Source: Candidatus Omnitrophota bacterium (GTDB lineage Bacteria; Omnitrophota; Gorgyraeia; Zapsychrales; Zapsychraceae). Taken from it: DNA of 64,000 nucleotides. The notes below the pieces were generated by a model that saw nothing but the letters and a program-made list of their open reading frames with translations, made no database searches and had not been told where the DNA came from. The translations under genes were made by a program, and so were the position numbers. Below, one piece after another: positions 9,472 through 18,926 of this stretch; positions within the stretch are counted from its first letter, which is position 1; the number at the start of each line of letters is the position of its first letter. The DNA lies in the NCBI GenBank assembly GCA_021108075.1, contig JAIORP010000135.1, positions 87,938-151,937 on the forward strand, read 5' to 3'.

Positions 9472-10962
9472 ATGAGTTATGCCGGCCGTGAAAAAATTTT
9501 AATCCTTTCGATATTTCTCTTCTGCATCATACTGGCTAAAATTATCACGGAGACGTCTTATCTTGTTCCCTTAATGATCATCATCAGCATCACGGGTTTT
9601 TTGATCGCCTTCACACATACGCACATGGCCATGATCTTTCTTATTTTCTCCATGTTATTATCCCCGGAGTTAATCGTCGGAAGTGTGACGAAAAGAGACA
9701 TCGTTATCCGAATAGACGACTTATTGATCCTTGTCTTTAGTCTCGCATGGATCGCCCGGTCCGCTATCAATAAAAATTTAACGATCATAACCAAGACCCC
9801 GATCAACCGCTTTATTGCCTTTTACTGCTTTATGTTTTCTTTAAGCACGATTAACGGGATTCTCTTTGAAACAGTCAGCCCCTTCAAGGGGATATTCTAT
9901 ATACTTAAATATATTGAATATTATTTTATTTTTTATCTCGCCGCAGGGATCTTAAAAAATAAGCCCCAGATGAAAACCTATATCAAAGCCATTATCATCA
10001 CCTATGCGATCGTTAATATTTACGCTTTCCTGCAAATCGGCACGCACGGCCGTGTTTCCGCACCCTTCGAGGGGAAGGTAGGGGAGCCGAACACATTAGG
10101 CGGCTATCAGGTCTTAATATTGGGGATCATTATTGGCTTATTAACTCATACAACCTTTTCGCCGAAATGGAAATGGACACTAATCCTCGTCGCCCTGTTT
10201 TCTCTCATCCCTTTCGCCTATACGTTATCACGTTCCGCTTACATGTCCATAATTCCGATGTATTTCACCCTGATTTTTTTCAACAAATCAAAAAAAAGGA
10301 ATATTCTGATTGGAATTTTGATCATTTGTGTCATTGTGTCGATTTTCTTTTTCCCTCAGAACATCAAAGACCGTATCAAGTACACGTTTATCCCGCATCC
10401 CCAGGAGCATATTGAACCTGTAAAATTTCTCGGAGTCAGCCTCGGCCCTTCAGCGTCAGCACGTATTCAGGACTGGATAAGGGTCTATAAAAAATGGCAA
10501 AACAAACCCTTCCTAGGGTATGGCGTGACCGGTATGGGTTTTCTGGATAGTCAATTTATTAGAACTTTTGTCGAGTTAGGACTCCTGGGGTTCTTCGCGT
10601 TCTGCGCCCTGTTATTGAGCATCGGATATCACACGTTAAAAATTTACAAAACAACCAAAGATCCTTTCTACAAAGGATTATCCCTTGGCTTCTTTGCGGC
10701 GCACTTAGGCATGATTGCGCATGCCATCACAGCGAACACCTATATCATCATCCGCATCATGGAACCTTACTGGTTCTTGGCCGCCATGGTCATGTGCATT
10801 CCCCGTCTGGAGGCCCGGCATCAACAGGCTTTGATCATGAATCAGGAACAGGCTCAACTGGAAGATGACGAAGAGGGGGTTCCTTTACTGAAAAAGCCCA
10901 ATTACAACATCGCGCATTTACTGAACTACAGCAATGTCAAACATAAGGACCATCATTATTAA
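9472..10962 (+). CDS. O-antigen ligase / Wzy_C-domain polytopic membrane protein (putative O-glycosylation ligase or polymerase)
   Basis: At least 10 TM helices. Wzy_C-type motifs YTLSRSAYMSI and KPFLGYGVTGMGF. Confidence 0.65.
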   Translation: MSYAGREKILILSIFLFCIILAKIITETSYLVPLMIIISITGFLIAFTHTHMAMIFLIFSMLLSPELIVGSVTKRDIVIRIDDLLILVFSLAWIARSAINKNLTIITKTPINRFIAFYCFMFSLSTINGILFETVSPFKGIFYILKYIEYYFIFYLAAGILKNKPQMKTYIKAIIITYAIVNIYAFLQIGTHGRVSAPFEGKVGEPNTLGGYQVLILGIIIGLLTHTTFSPKWKWTLILVALFSLIPFAYTLSRSAYMSIIPMYFTLIFFNKSKKRNILIGILIICVIVSIFFFPQNIKDRIKYTFIPHPQEHIEPVKFLGVSLGPSASARIQDWIRVYKKWQNKPFLGYGVTGMGFLDSQFIRTFVELGLLGFFAFCALLLSIGYHTLKIYKTTKDPFYKGLSLGFFAAHLGMIAHAITANTYIIIRIMEPYWFLAAMVMCIPRLEARHQQALIMNQEQAQLEDDEEGVPLLKKPNYNIAHLLNYSNVKHKDHHY

Positions 10963-10974
10963 AGGCTTAAAAAC

Positions 10975-11853
10975 ATGAATCCGATCAATCAAGAAACAAC
11001 ATCCTCATACCAAATCCACATCCGTCCGAATAAAAGCTGGCATCACATGAATTGGCATGCGATATGGGAATACCGTGACCTGCTTTTTTTGCTGGTACGG
11101 CGTGATTTCGTATCCAAATATAAACAGACTATTCTCGGGCCGTTATGGTTTATCCTCCAGCCATTGGCAACGACCATTGTTTTCACGGTTGTCTTTAGCC
11201 GTGTCGCCCGCATCCCAACGGATTCCATTCCGCCCATGTTATTTTATCTTTGCGGGTTAATCGGCTGGATGTATTTTGCGAACTGTCTTAATTACACATC
11301 GACGACATTTGTTACGAACGCCGGAATCTTCAACAAAGTTTATTTCCCGCGCTTGATCATCCCGTTTTCTGTTATCATTTCCCGTTTTCTTGCCTTTATC
11401 ATCCAATTTGTCATGTTCATCGGATTTTATATTTTTTATAAATTTTTTACCCCCGCGTCTGATACGTTTCATTTAAACCCCGCGGCACTGATATTCTTTC
11501 CCTTGCTGATTATGCTCACAGCTTTATTAGGATTGGGCATGGGACTCTGGTTATCCGCTTTAACAGCAAAATACCGTGATTTAACACAATTAACGACCTT
11601 CTTAACCTCTTTGTGGATGTACGCGACACCCGTTATTTATCCCTTGTCGCTCATACCGGCCAAATGGCATAAAGTGATGGCCCTTAATCCCATGGCGGGT
11701 ATCGTCGAAGCTTATCGTTACTGTTTCTTCAGCGTCACTGTTGGGAATTTATTTTTTTACATGCTCAGTTCCATCATAATGACGCTGATCATCCTTATTT
11801 CCGGTATATTAATTTTCAATAAAACTGAACGTAATTTTATCGATACAATATAA
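10975..11853 (+). CDS. wzm: ABC-2 type polysaccharide exporter permease (Wzm/KpsM/TagG family)
   Basis: 6-TM ABC-2 permease. N-terminal ILGPLWFILQPLATTIVFTVVFSRVA is typical of Wzm. Confidence 0.85.
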   Translation: MNPINQETTSSYQIHIRPNKSWHHMNWHAIWEYRDLLFLLVRRDFVSKYKQTILGPLWFILQPLATTIVFTVVFSRVARIPTDSIPPMLFYLCGLIGWMYFANCLNYTSTTFVTNAGIFNKVYFPRLIIPFSVIISRFLAFIIQFVMFIGFYIFYKFFTPASDTFHLNPAALIFFPLLIMLTALLGLGMGLWLSALTAKYRDLTQLTTFLTSLWMYATPVIYPLSLIPAKWHKVMALNPMAGIVEAYRYCFFSVTVGNLFFYMLSSIIMTLIILISGILIFNKTERNFIDTI

Positions 11854-11857
11854 AAAC

Positions 11858-13186
11858 ATGAAACCCATCATTGAAATAGAAAAATTATCAAAACTGTACC
11901 GCCTGGGGAGTATCAGCGCGAACACATTCCAGGATTCACTGAAAAACTGGTTTCACCGTATTAAAAATAGCCCTCCTGCGACCGCCGATAAATCCTCTTC
12001 GCGTTTGATGATTGATCCTAACGACCCTCAGGCCGGGCCAGAACCCAATACCCTGTGGGCGCTCAGAGACATTTCTTATGAACTCCAGGAAGGGGAAATC
12101 CTCGGGATTATCGGACGCAATGGTGCCGGTAAATCGACGCTGCTCAAAATCCTGACCCAGATTACCGAACCAACCTCTGGCCAGGCTGTCCTGCGCGGCC
12201 GAACAGCGTCTTTATTAGAAATTGGCACGGGATTTCACCCTGAACTAACGGGCCGCGAAAACATCTATTTAAACGGGGCTATACTTGGAATGAAAAAAAA
12301 AGAAATTGATTCCAAATTCGAAGAAATTGTCGACTTTTCAGGCATTCCCAAATTCATCGATACACCTGTCAAACGATACTCCAGCGGCATGTATGTTCGC
12401 CTGGCTTTTGCGGTCGCGGCCCATCTCGAACCGGAGATACTGTTAGTTGATGAAGTATTGGCCGTGGGAGATGTCGAATTCCAGAAAAAATGTTTGGGCA
12501 AGATGAAAAATGTTTCAAAGAGCGGCCGGACAATCCTGTTTGTCAGTCACAATATGCAAGCGATCAAGCAATTATGTACCCAAACGATCATCCTTGACAA
12601 AGGACGAATGATATTCAGCGGCAGCGCGGAGTCCGCGGTGGATAAATATTTAGGTGACGGGTTGTCACTAAAAGGCGAACAAATCTGGGATCATACTCAG
12701 ACCGCGCCAGGCGATGATATCGTTCGTGTCCATTCTGTGCGCGTCATGAACACCGATAACCGTTCGCGCACGCAATTCGATGTTCGTGATCCGATGACAA
12801 TTGAGTTAAAATATACTGTTTATGAAGATGGACATCAACTTGCCACTCAGATCTACTTGTTTAATGATGCCGGCCAGGTTATTTTAAACACGAAAGACAA
12901 CAAAGACTCCCCCTGGGGAGATCGTTGCATCCCAAAAGGCTCCTATTGCGCGCGCTGTACGGTTCCAGCAGACCTGATCAATGAAGGACAGATATCTATC
13001 GGCATCGGTATCGGAACGGTCGGGCCGTCTTATTTCATCGGGCACGTCACAATATATGATGCTGTTATATTCGCCGTGACAGATGCTTTTGATCCAGAGG
13101 GAGTGAGGGGTAACTATCCCTTCGAATGGAAAGTGGGCGACATCCGCACGCACATCCCATGGAAGGTGGAGCGCCTTGAAAACTAA
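11858..13186 (+). CDS. wzt: ABC transporter ATP-binding protein Wzt with a C-terminal glycan-binding (Wzt_C-like) extension
   Basis: Walker A GRNGAGKST, signature YSSGMYVRLAFA, Walker B LLVDEVLAVGD. About 190-aa beta-rich C-terminal extension beyond the NBD. Confidence 0.85.
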   Translation: MKPIIEIEKLSKLYRLGSISANTFQDSLKNWFHRIKNSPPATADKSSSRLMIDPNDPQAGPEPNTLWALRDISYELQEGEILGIIGRNGAGKSTLLKILTQITEPTSGQAVLRGRTASLLEIGTGFHPELTGRENIYLNGAILGMKKKEIDSKFEEIVDFSGIPKFIDTPVKRYSSGMYVRLAFAVAAHLEPEILLVDEVLAVGDVEFQKKCLGKMKNVSKSGRTILFVSHNMQAIKQLCTQTIILDKGRMIFSGSAESAVDKYLGDGLSLKGEQIWDHTQTAPGDDIVRVHSVRVMNTDNRSRTQFDVRDPMTIELKYTVYEDGHQLATQIYLFNDAGQVILNTKDNKDSPWGDRCIPKGSYCARCTVPADLINEGQISIGIGIGTVGPSYFIGHVTIYDAVIFAVTDAFDPEGVRGNYPFEWKVGDIRTHIPWKVERLEN

Positions 13187-14012
13187 TTCTATCAAACAAG
13201 CCGTCAAACGCTATCCGTGGATGCATAAACCTTTAAAAGCAGGATACTCCTGTTACAACGGCTTAAAAAATTTTCTGTTGCGCCGATTTCCATATTTAGA
13301 TTACCAATGCACTCTTTGGGGCAACAAACCCTATTACGGAACCTTCTTGATGGCCGGACAAATTTTACCAGCACGTAAATATGTCATGCGGGATATGATC
13401 CGGCGAGAATTGATGCAAACCGTTCGTTCTGACTTTACCCTGCTCGAGATCGGATCATGGGCTGGCTTATCCACATCCATTTGGGCGCAAGAATGTCAAC
13501 ATCAATCAAAAGGCACGGTCTTCTGTATCGATACATGGGAAGCATCTTTGAATGTTCCCGAAATCATGCAAAAAGCCGCGAAAAGGAATCGGATTTACAA
13601 GCTGTTTCAGCACAACATGAGATGCTCAGGTTATGAGAACATTGTTTTTCCCATTAAGGCTTCAAGCGATGTCATGCATAATATCCTCAAGCCGCAATCC
13701 TTTGACCTTATTTTCATCGACGGGGATCATGCCCACACGCAGTTCAAGAAAGATTTGATCAACTATATGCCGTTGATCAAAGACAAGGGCATTATTTGCG
13801 GTGATGACCTTGAGCATTTGCCCCAGGACATTGATTTGGGCTTCGCGCGTAATCACCTGGAAGAAGATTACATCGAAGACGCCTCAAACAATCAAAAATA
13901 TCATCCGGGGATAGCTGTGGCCATCCAGGAAGTCTTTGGTTCTGTCAGCATGAAAGAGGGGTTCTGGGCCATGCGGAAAATCGGACCGGAGTGGCATAAA
14001 GTAGCGTTCTAG
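13176..14012 (+). CDS. Class I SAM-dependent methyltransferase (Methyltransf_24/CmcI-like). Candidate chain-terminating O-methyltransferase.
   Basis: LLEIGSWAGLS glycine-rich motif and FIDGDHAH motif. Start uncertain: TTG at 13176 or ATG at 13221. Confidence 0.55.
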   Translation: MKTNSIKQAVKRYPWMHKPLKAGYSCYNGLKNFLLRRFPYLDYQCTLWGNKPYYGTFLMAGQILPARKYVMRDMIRRELMQTVRSDFTLLEIGSWAGLSTSIWAQECQHQSKGTVFCIDTWEASLNVPEIMQKAAKRNRIYKLFQHNMRCSGYENIVFPIKASSDVMHNILKPQSFDLIFIDGDHAHTQFKKDLINYMPLIKDKGIICGDDLEHLPQDIDLGFARNHLEEDYIEDASNNQKYHPGIAVAIQEVFGSVSMKEGFWAMRKIGPEWHKVAF

Positions 14013-14037
14013 CGTAAATTTAACACAGGGATATCAC

Positions 14038-15219
14038 ATGAAGACATTTTCAAAACTGACCGGTCGCTTACTTGGACAACCGATGTTCCATCTTTTAGAA
14101 AAAATTGAACGATTTAAAAAAGCCGGCCGGGATATCATCCATCTGGAAATCGGTGATGCCGACTTCCGCGCGCACCAACACATCATTGATGCAACAAAAA
14201 ACGCGCTTGATGCCGACAAGACGCATTACGTCAATTCCATGGGGCTGAATGAACTCCGGGACGCTATTTGTGAATATACGCTGCAAACCCTGGATTTTCG
14301 GCCCCGGAGGGAACAGGTTCTTGTTATGCCGGCACATGCCATCATCGACACGCTTATCCGGTGTGTTGCTAATCCAGGAGATGAAATTATATGCCCTGAG
14401 CCGGGATTTTCAAGTTATCATGCCGTGCTGACATATTTGAATCTAAAAAAAACTTCCATCCCTTTAAAAGAAGAAAATAAATTCTGCCTGCAAGCCGCTG
14501 ATATCGAGCCTAAAATCCATGATCACACACGATTGCTCATCATCACATCACCGAATAATCCAACCGGTTCCGTTTTATCAAAAAAACAAGTCCGGGATAT
14601 CGCTTTACTGTGTCAACAAAAAGACATCTACCTTTTAAGTGATGAAATATATTCCCGCGTGATTTATGAAGGGCAACACTATTCCTGTAGTTTTCTGGAT
14701 CAATGCCGTGAAAGAACAATTATTTTAAACGGTTTCGGGAAATCATTTTCCATGCCGGGATGGAGACTTGGTTATGCCATCGGACCGGTAGACTTAATCC
14801 AGAAAATGGGACTGTTATTTCAAACGATTTATTCCTGCTGTTCGCCGTTCAATCAATACGGGGCCATTGAAGCTTTGACAGGAAACCAGGAGGTTGTTGA
14901 GGCCAGAATAAAAACATATAAATCCCTGCGGGATTTCATCCTCTCAGAAATCAATGATATCCCCGGGATAACATGCACCGCCCCTAAAGGCGCCTTTTAT
15001 ATTTTTCCGAATATCAAAGAAACCGGCCTAACAAGTGCGGCGTTTGCCGATTATATGCTGAAAAAAGCTGATGTGGCCTTATTACCCGGAACACATTTTG
15101 GGCAAACAGGCGAGGGCTATGTCCGCATTTGTTTCACAAAAAAACAAGACGAACTTCACAGAGCGTGTGAACGGATCAGAAACGCCTTAAAGGAGAGGGT
15201 GCAATGCGACCAATTCTAA
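14038..15219 (+). CDS. PLP-dependent aminotransferase, class I/II (AspAT fold)
   Basis: NGFGKSFSMPGWRLGY (SxxK lysine motif) and an overall class-I aminotransferase layout. Confidence 0.8.
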   Translation: MKTFSKLTGRLLGQPMFHLLEKIERFKKAGRDIIHLEIGDADFRAHQHIIDATKNALDADKTHYVNSMGLNELRDAICEYTLQTLDFRPRREQVLVMPAHAIIDTLIRCVANPGDEIICPEPGFSSYHAVLTYLNLKKTSIPLKEENKFCLQAADIEPKIHDHTRLLIITSPNNPTGSVLSKKQVRDIALLCQQKDIYLLSDEIYSRVIYEGQHYSCSFLDQCRERTIILNGFGKSFSMPGWRLGYAIGPVDLIQKMGLLFQTIYSCCSPFNQYGAIEALTGNQEVVEARIKTYKSLRDFILSEINDIPGITCTAPKGAFYIFPNIKETGLTSAAFADYMLKKADVALLPGTHFGQTGEGYVRICFTKKQDELHRACERIRNALKERVQCDQF

Positions 15220-16370
15220 TCAATGATATTACCCTGCGTGATGGTGAACAGGCGCCCGGAGTCAATTTTTATCCGGAGGAAAAATGCCGCATAGCCGAAC
15301 AGCTGCTAAAAATGAACATTCCTATTATTGAAGCCGGTTTTGCGATTGCTTCGGACAACGACTTTGATGCGATTCAAATGATCAGCAAAAGATTCGGACA
15401 CAAATCCGGTCCGGTCATCTGTTCCATGGCACGCGCGACCCTCAGAGATATTGAACGCGCAGCAGAATCCGTCCGCCCCGCGGCCAGAGGCCGGGTCCAG
15501 GTCGTTTTGGGCACGTCGGACATCCATCTCAAATACAAATTCAAAAAAACACGCAATGAAATCAAAGATATCGCGCATAAAACGGTCCGTTACGCCAAAA
15601 CACTTTGTGCTGATATCGAATTCGCCGCGGAAGACGCGACAAGAAGCGATATTGATTTTTTAACGGAAGTCACGCAAATCGCGGTTGCGGCCGGGGCAAC
15701 GACCATTGAGTTACCGGACACAGTTGGATATGCCACTCCGCACGAATATGCGCATCTCGTTCAACATATCGTTGATCATATGGATCCGGGCATCACCGTT
15801 GCCACACACTGTCACAATGATTTAGGCCTGGCGGTCGCCAACACCCTTTTTGGTATTATGGCCGGCGCTTCCCAGGCGGAAGTAACGATAAACGGCATCG
15901 GTGAACGGGTGGGCAATGCCTCAGCCGAAGAAGTCATTATGGCGTTAAAAACACGACAGGATTACTTTCAAATCCAATTGGATATCAATACCAAAGAAAT
16001 CATGAAGACATCAGAATTAGTGGAAGAACTATCGGCCATCAAGGTTGCAAACAATAAAGCCATCGTCGGCTGCAATGCCTTTCGCCATGAATCAGGCATC
16101 CACCAGGACGGTTTGATCAAAAACAAAAGCACCTATCAAATCATGGAACCGGAAGACATCGGTGTTAAAGGGTATGGTCTTGTCTTAGGAAAGCTTTCCG
16201 GCCGGCATGCCTTGCAGGATAAGATCCAATCATTCGGGCTCACAATGAATGATCAGGAGTTTGACCGATTCTACATGGCATTCAAAGATGTGGCCTCTAA
16301 AAAAAAGTTTCTGTTAGAAGAAGATCTTCTCAAACTCATAAAGAAGCATGGCTATGAAACGATCAAGTGA
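15204..16370 (+). CDS. LeuA/NifV/CimA-family (HMGL-like, DRE-TIM metallolyase) acyl-CoA:2-oxoacid condensing enzyme. Short form without the LeuA regulatory domain.
   Basis: ITLRDGEQAPG and HCHNDLGLAVANTL motifs. 388 aa. Confidence 0.75.
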   Translation: MRPILINDITLRDGEQAPGVNFYPEEKCRIAEQLLKMNIPIIEAGFAIASDNDFDAIQMISKRFGHKSGPVICSMARATLRDIERAAESVRPAARGRVQVVLGTSDIHLKYKFKKTRNEIKDIAHKTVRYAKTLCADIEFAAEDATRSDIDFLTEVTQIAVAAGATTIELPDTVGYATPHEYAHLVQHIVDHMDPGITVATHCHNDLGLAVANTLFGIMAGASQAEVTINGIGERVGNASAEEVIMALKTRQDYFQIQLDINTKEIMKTSELVEELSAIKVANNKAIVGCNAFRHESGIHQDGLIKNKSTYQIMEPEDIGVKGYGLVLGKLSGRHALQDKIQSFGLTMNDQEFDRFYMAFKDVASKKKFLLEEDLLKLIKKHGYETIK

Positions 16371-17247
16371 TTACCATTCAATTCCAGACCTCGCGCAATT
16401 GTTTTCAAAAGAACAATCGATCGGTATATTTGAAAAAATGTGCCTGTGCCGTTATTTCGAACTGGAGGTGGCCAATGCCTATGAAAAAAGTCTTATCGCC
16501 AGTCCGATCTACTTATCCATCGGGCAGGAATCCATTTCAGCAGCTTTGTCGACGGTGATTTCTAATTTTACCATTTTTGCTCAACACCGCTGCCACTCGG
16601 CCTATTTAGCCTTCGGGGGAGACCAGCATAAAATTGTCGACGAACTCCTCGGGCGTCCAACAGGCTGCGCTTTTGGGCAAGGCGGTTCACCCATGCTACA
16701 GGACCCGGATATCCCCATGATCGGACATCATGGATTAATCGGTGAAAATATTCCTCTGGCGGTCGGTTATGCCTTAGGCAGTACTCAGCCAACTTTATGT
16801 CTTTTCGGAGATGCGGCAGCAGAAGAAGATTATGCCCTGACCGCTATGGGATTTGCGTCAAAACATCAACTGCCCGTTTTATTTGTTTGTGAAGACAATG
16901 ATTTGTCCATTTTAACGCCGACAGAGGTCCGCCGAAACTGGGAAATCTGCGATGTTGCGCAGGCCCTGAACATGCCAGCTGTTGATATCACGGATGACCC
17001 CTGGTTAATCGCTCATCACGCGCAAGAACTCATCCAGTCATTGCCAGCGTTCATCAACTGCCGCACCTGCCGGCATTACTGGCACGCAGGGGTCGGCATT
17101 GATCATGAACCGGAATGGGACCGTCTTCAACTCGTTAAAGATCAATTAAAGACGTTAAGCATTAACGCCCAGGACATCGAAGAACAGACAAAACAAGACA
17201 TAAAAGGATTATGGGAAAAACTGTTGCCGAAACAATTAAAGATCTAA
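16348..17247 (+). CDS. TPP-binding subunit of a split TPP-dependent enzyme (2-oxoacid dehydrogenase E1-alpha-like or transketolase N-terminal-like)
   Basis: GDAAAEEDYALTAMGFASKHQLPVLFVCEDNDLSI matches the TPP-binding GDG...E...N motif region. Confidence 0.65.
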   Translation: MAMKRSSDYHSIPDLAQLFSKEQSIGIFEKMCLCRYFELEVANAYEKSLIASPIYLSIGQESISAALSTVISNFTIFAQHRCHSAYLAFGGDQHKIVDELLGRPTGCAFGQGGSPMLQDPDIPMIGHHGLIGENIPLAVGYALGSTQPTLCLFGDAAAEEDYALTAMGFASKHQLPVLFVCEDNDLSILTPTEVRRNWEICDVAQALNMPAVDITDDPWLIAHHAQELIQSLPAFINCRTCRHYWHAGVGIDHEPEWDRLQLVKDQLKTLSINAQDIEEQTKQDIKGLWEKLLPKQLKI

Positions 17248-18140
17248 CCTTTGATCACTTAAAAAATAATAACGGACTGCTCTTAGGCCAGGCCATTACG
17301 GCCGTGGGCTATGTGAACCATACTGTTCCGAAAAATTGTCCGGGCATCATTGAACTCTCCATGGCTGACGTCGCGGGTTCAGGCATCGCAGTTGGAACAG
17401 CTCTTGCGGGTCGAAGACCTATTTTAGTTATCCGCTTCCAGGACTTTTTGATCTTAAACGGCAGTATGTTGATCAACTATGCCGCCAAATCAAAAGATAT
17501 GTTTCAACAGCCCTCACCGATCTTCGTGCGCGCATTAGCCATTGAAGGACACGGTGCCGGACCGGTTCACTCAGCAAAACTTCATAATATCTTCATGCAT
17601 TTTCCCGGATTCCGTGTTTGGGCGCCGATAACACCGAATGAATATAAACAAACATGGACAGACTTTTTGGAGCATGATGATCCGGTCATCTCCTGCGAAC
17701 ATCGCAGCAGCTTTTCTTCTCGTGATGAATATGCGAATGAAATAGAACCGGCTGCGGATATCACCCTATTCGGCATATCTGTTGGACGGACGAACATCAT
17801 AAAAGCAGCGCGGACATTACGGGCTGAGGGGATCACGGTCAACCTTGTTCATATCGTCCAACTCAAACCACTTGTACTGCAACAATCATGGCTTGAGGCT
17901 TTAAGCCGCAGCCATTGCGGACTGGTGGTCGACACGGGCTTTGAAACTTGCGGGGCCGGCCAAAACATTGCCTATGAATTGATGTTAAAGACGAATAAAC
18001 CTGTTCAGGCATTGGGACTCAAGGACGTCTCTGTAGGCGTTTCCGGGGATAAAGAAAATTTAACACCCCGTCCGGAGCAAATTGTTACAGCGGTTAAAAA
18101 TAGGCTAAGAAACCGGTCAGGTCCGATGCGGTCAGCTTAA
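17211..18140 (+). CDS. Pyrimidine-binding/C-terminal subunit of the split TPP enzyme (E1-beta-like or transketolase C-terminal-like)
   Basis: Transketolase_pyr-like region (SMADVAGSGIAVGTALAGRRP...FQDFLILNGSMLINYAAK) plus a C-terminal domain. Overlaps the upstream subunit gene in another frame. Confidence 0.65.
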   Translation: MGKTVAETIKDLTFDHLKNNNGLLLGQAITAVGYVNHTVPKNCPGIIELSMADVAGSGIAVGTALAGRRPILVIRFQDFLILNGSMLINYAAKSKDMFQQPSPIFVRALAIEGHGAGPVHSAKLHNIFMHFPGFRVWAPITPNEYKQTWTDFLEHDDPVISCEHRSSFSSRDEYANEIEPAADITLFGISVGRTNIIKAARTLRAEGITVNLVHIVQLKPLVLQQSWLEALSRSHCGLVVDTGFETCGAGQNIAYELMLKTNKPVQALGLKDVSVGVSGDKENLTPRPEQIVTAVKNRLRNRSGPMRSA

Positions 18141-18158
18141 CACTATCAGGAGGCTATT

Positions 18159-18893
18159 ATGTCAGTATTTAATTTTCAAAATAAAACCGCGGTCGTAACA
18201 GGGGGAACACGCGGTATCGGCCGAGCGGTCGCGAAAGGTCTCCTCGAATCAGGAGCAAAAGTGATCGTAACGGGCACAAAGGAATCACCCGCCTGGTTAA
18301 ACAACTATCCCCGGGCACAGCATATGACATTAGACTTTCTTAAAGAAAACAGCCTGTCATCATTTATGGCGTCGTTTCCACCGGAACAGGCGGTCGACAT
18401 TCTCATTAATAATGCCGGTATCCACATACCAAAACCTTTTACAGAACTAACACAACAGGACTGGGAAGATATCATGAGAATCAATATTATCGGCCCGGCA
18501 GATCTCATCAATAAAATGATCCCCTTTATGCGAAAAAATGTGTCCGGAAACATCCTCAATATGAGTTCGATCGCTGGATTCATCGCCCGTCCGGGATCAA
18601 CGGCTTACTCGGCGAGCAAATCCGCCTTAAATGCTTTCACCCGGTCACTCGCTTTAGAACTGGCAAAGGATAACATCAAGGTTAACGCTCTTTGCCCTGG
18701 AACAACAGAAACAGATATGGTTAAAGAACAAATGGATGAAGACCGGCGCAAACATTTTCTATCACTTATTCCGATGCAGCGTTTTGCCCTTCCTGAAGAA
18801 ATCGCCCAATGGGCTTTGTTCCTTTGTTCAGACTTGAATACTTATATGACCGGGCAAACGGTCATTGTGGACGGCGGGGCAACCATACAATAA
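18159..18893 (+). CDS. Short-chain dehydrogenase/reductase (FabG-like SDR)
   Basis: TGGTRGIGRAVA Rossmann motif and YSASK catalytic motif. Strong AGGAGG-like RBS. Confidence 0.85.
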   Translation: MSVFNFQNKTAVVTGGTRGIGRAVAKGLLESGAKVIVTGTKESPAWLNNYPRAQHMTLDFLKENSLSSFMASFPPEQAVDILINNAGIHIPKPFTELTQQDWEDIMRINIIGPADLINKMIPFMRKNVSGNILNMSSIAGFIARPGSTAYSASKSALNAFTRSLALELAKDNIKVNALCPGTTETDMVKEQMDEDRRKHFLSLIPMQRFALPEEIAQWALFLCSDLNTYMTGQTVIVDGGATIQ

Positions 18894-18926
18894 AAAAAGA
18901 TTACAAGAATAAAAAAGAGGTATCAA

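Noticed and set aside
16348-18140. Possibility that the two TPP-enzyme ORFs are one frameshifted gene
   Set aside because: The two ORFs are in different frames but each starts with a plausible Met. Together they correspond to the N- and C-terminal subunits seen in naturally split transketolase/E1 enzymes, so a genuine two-subunit arrangement is more parsimonious than a sequencing frameshift.
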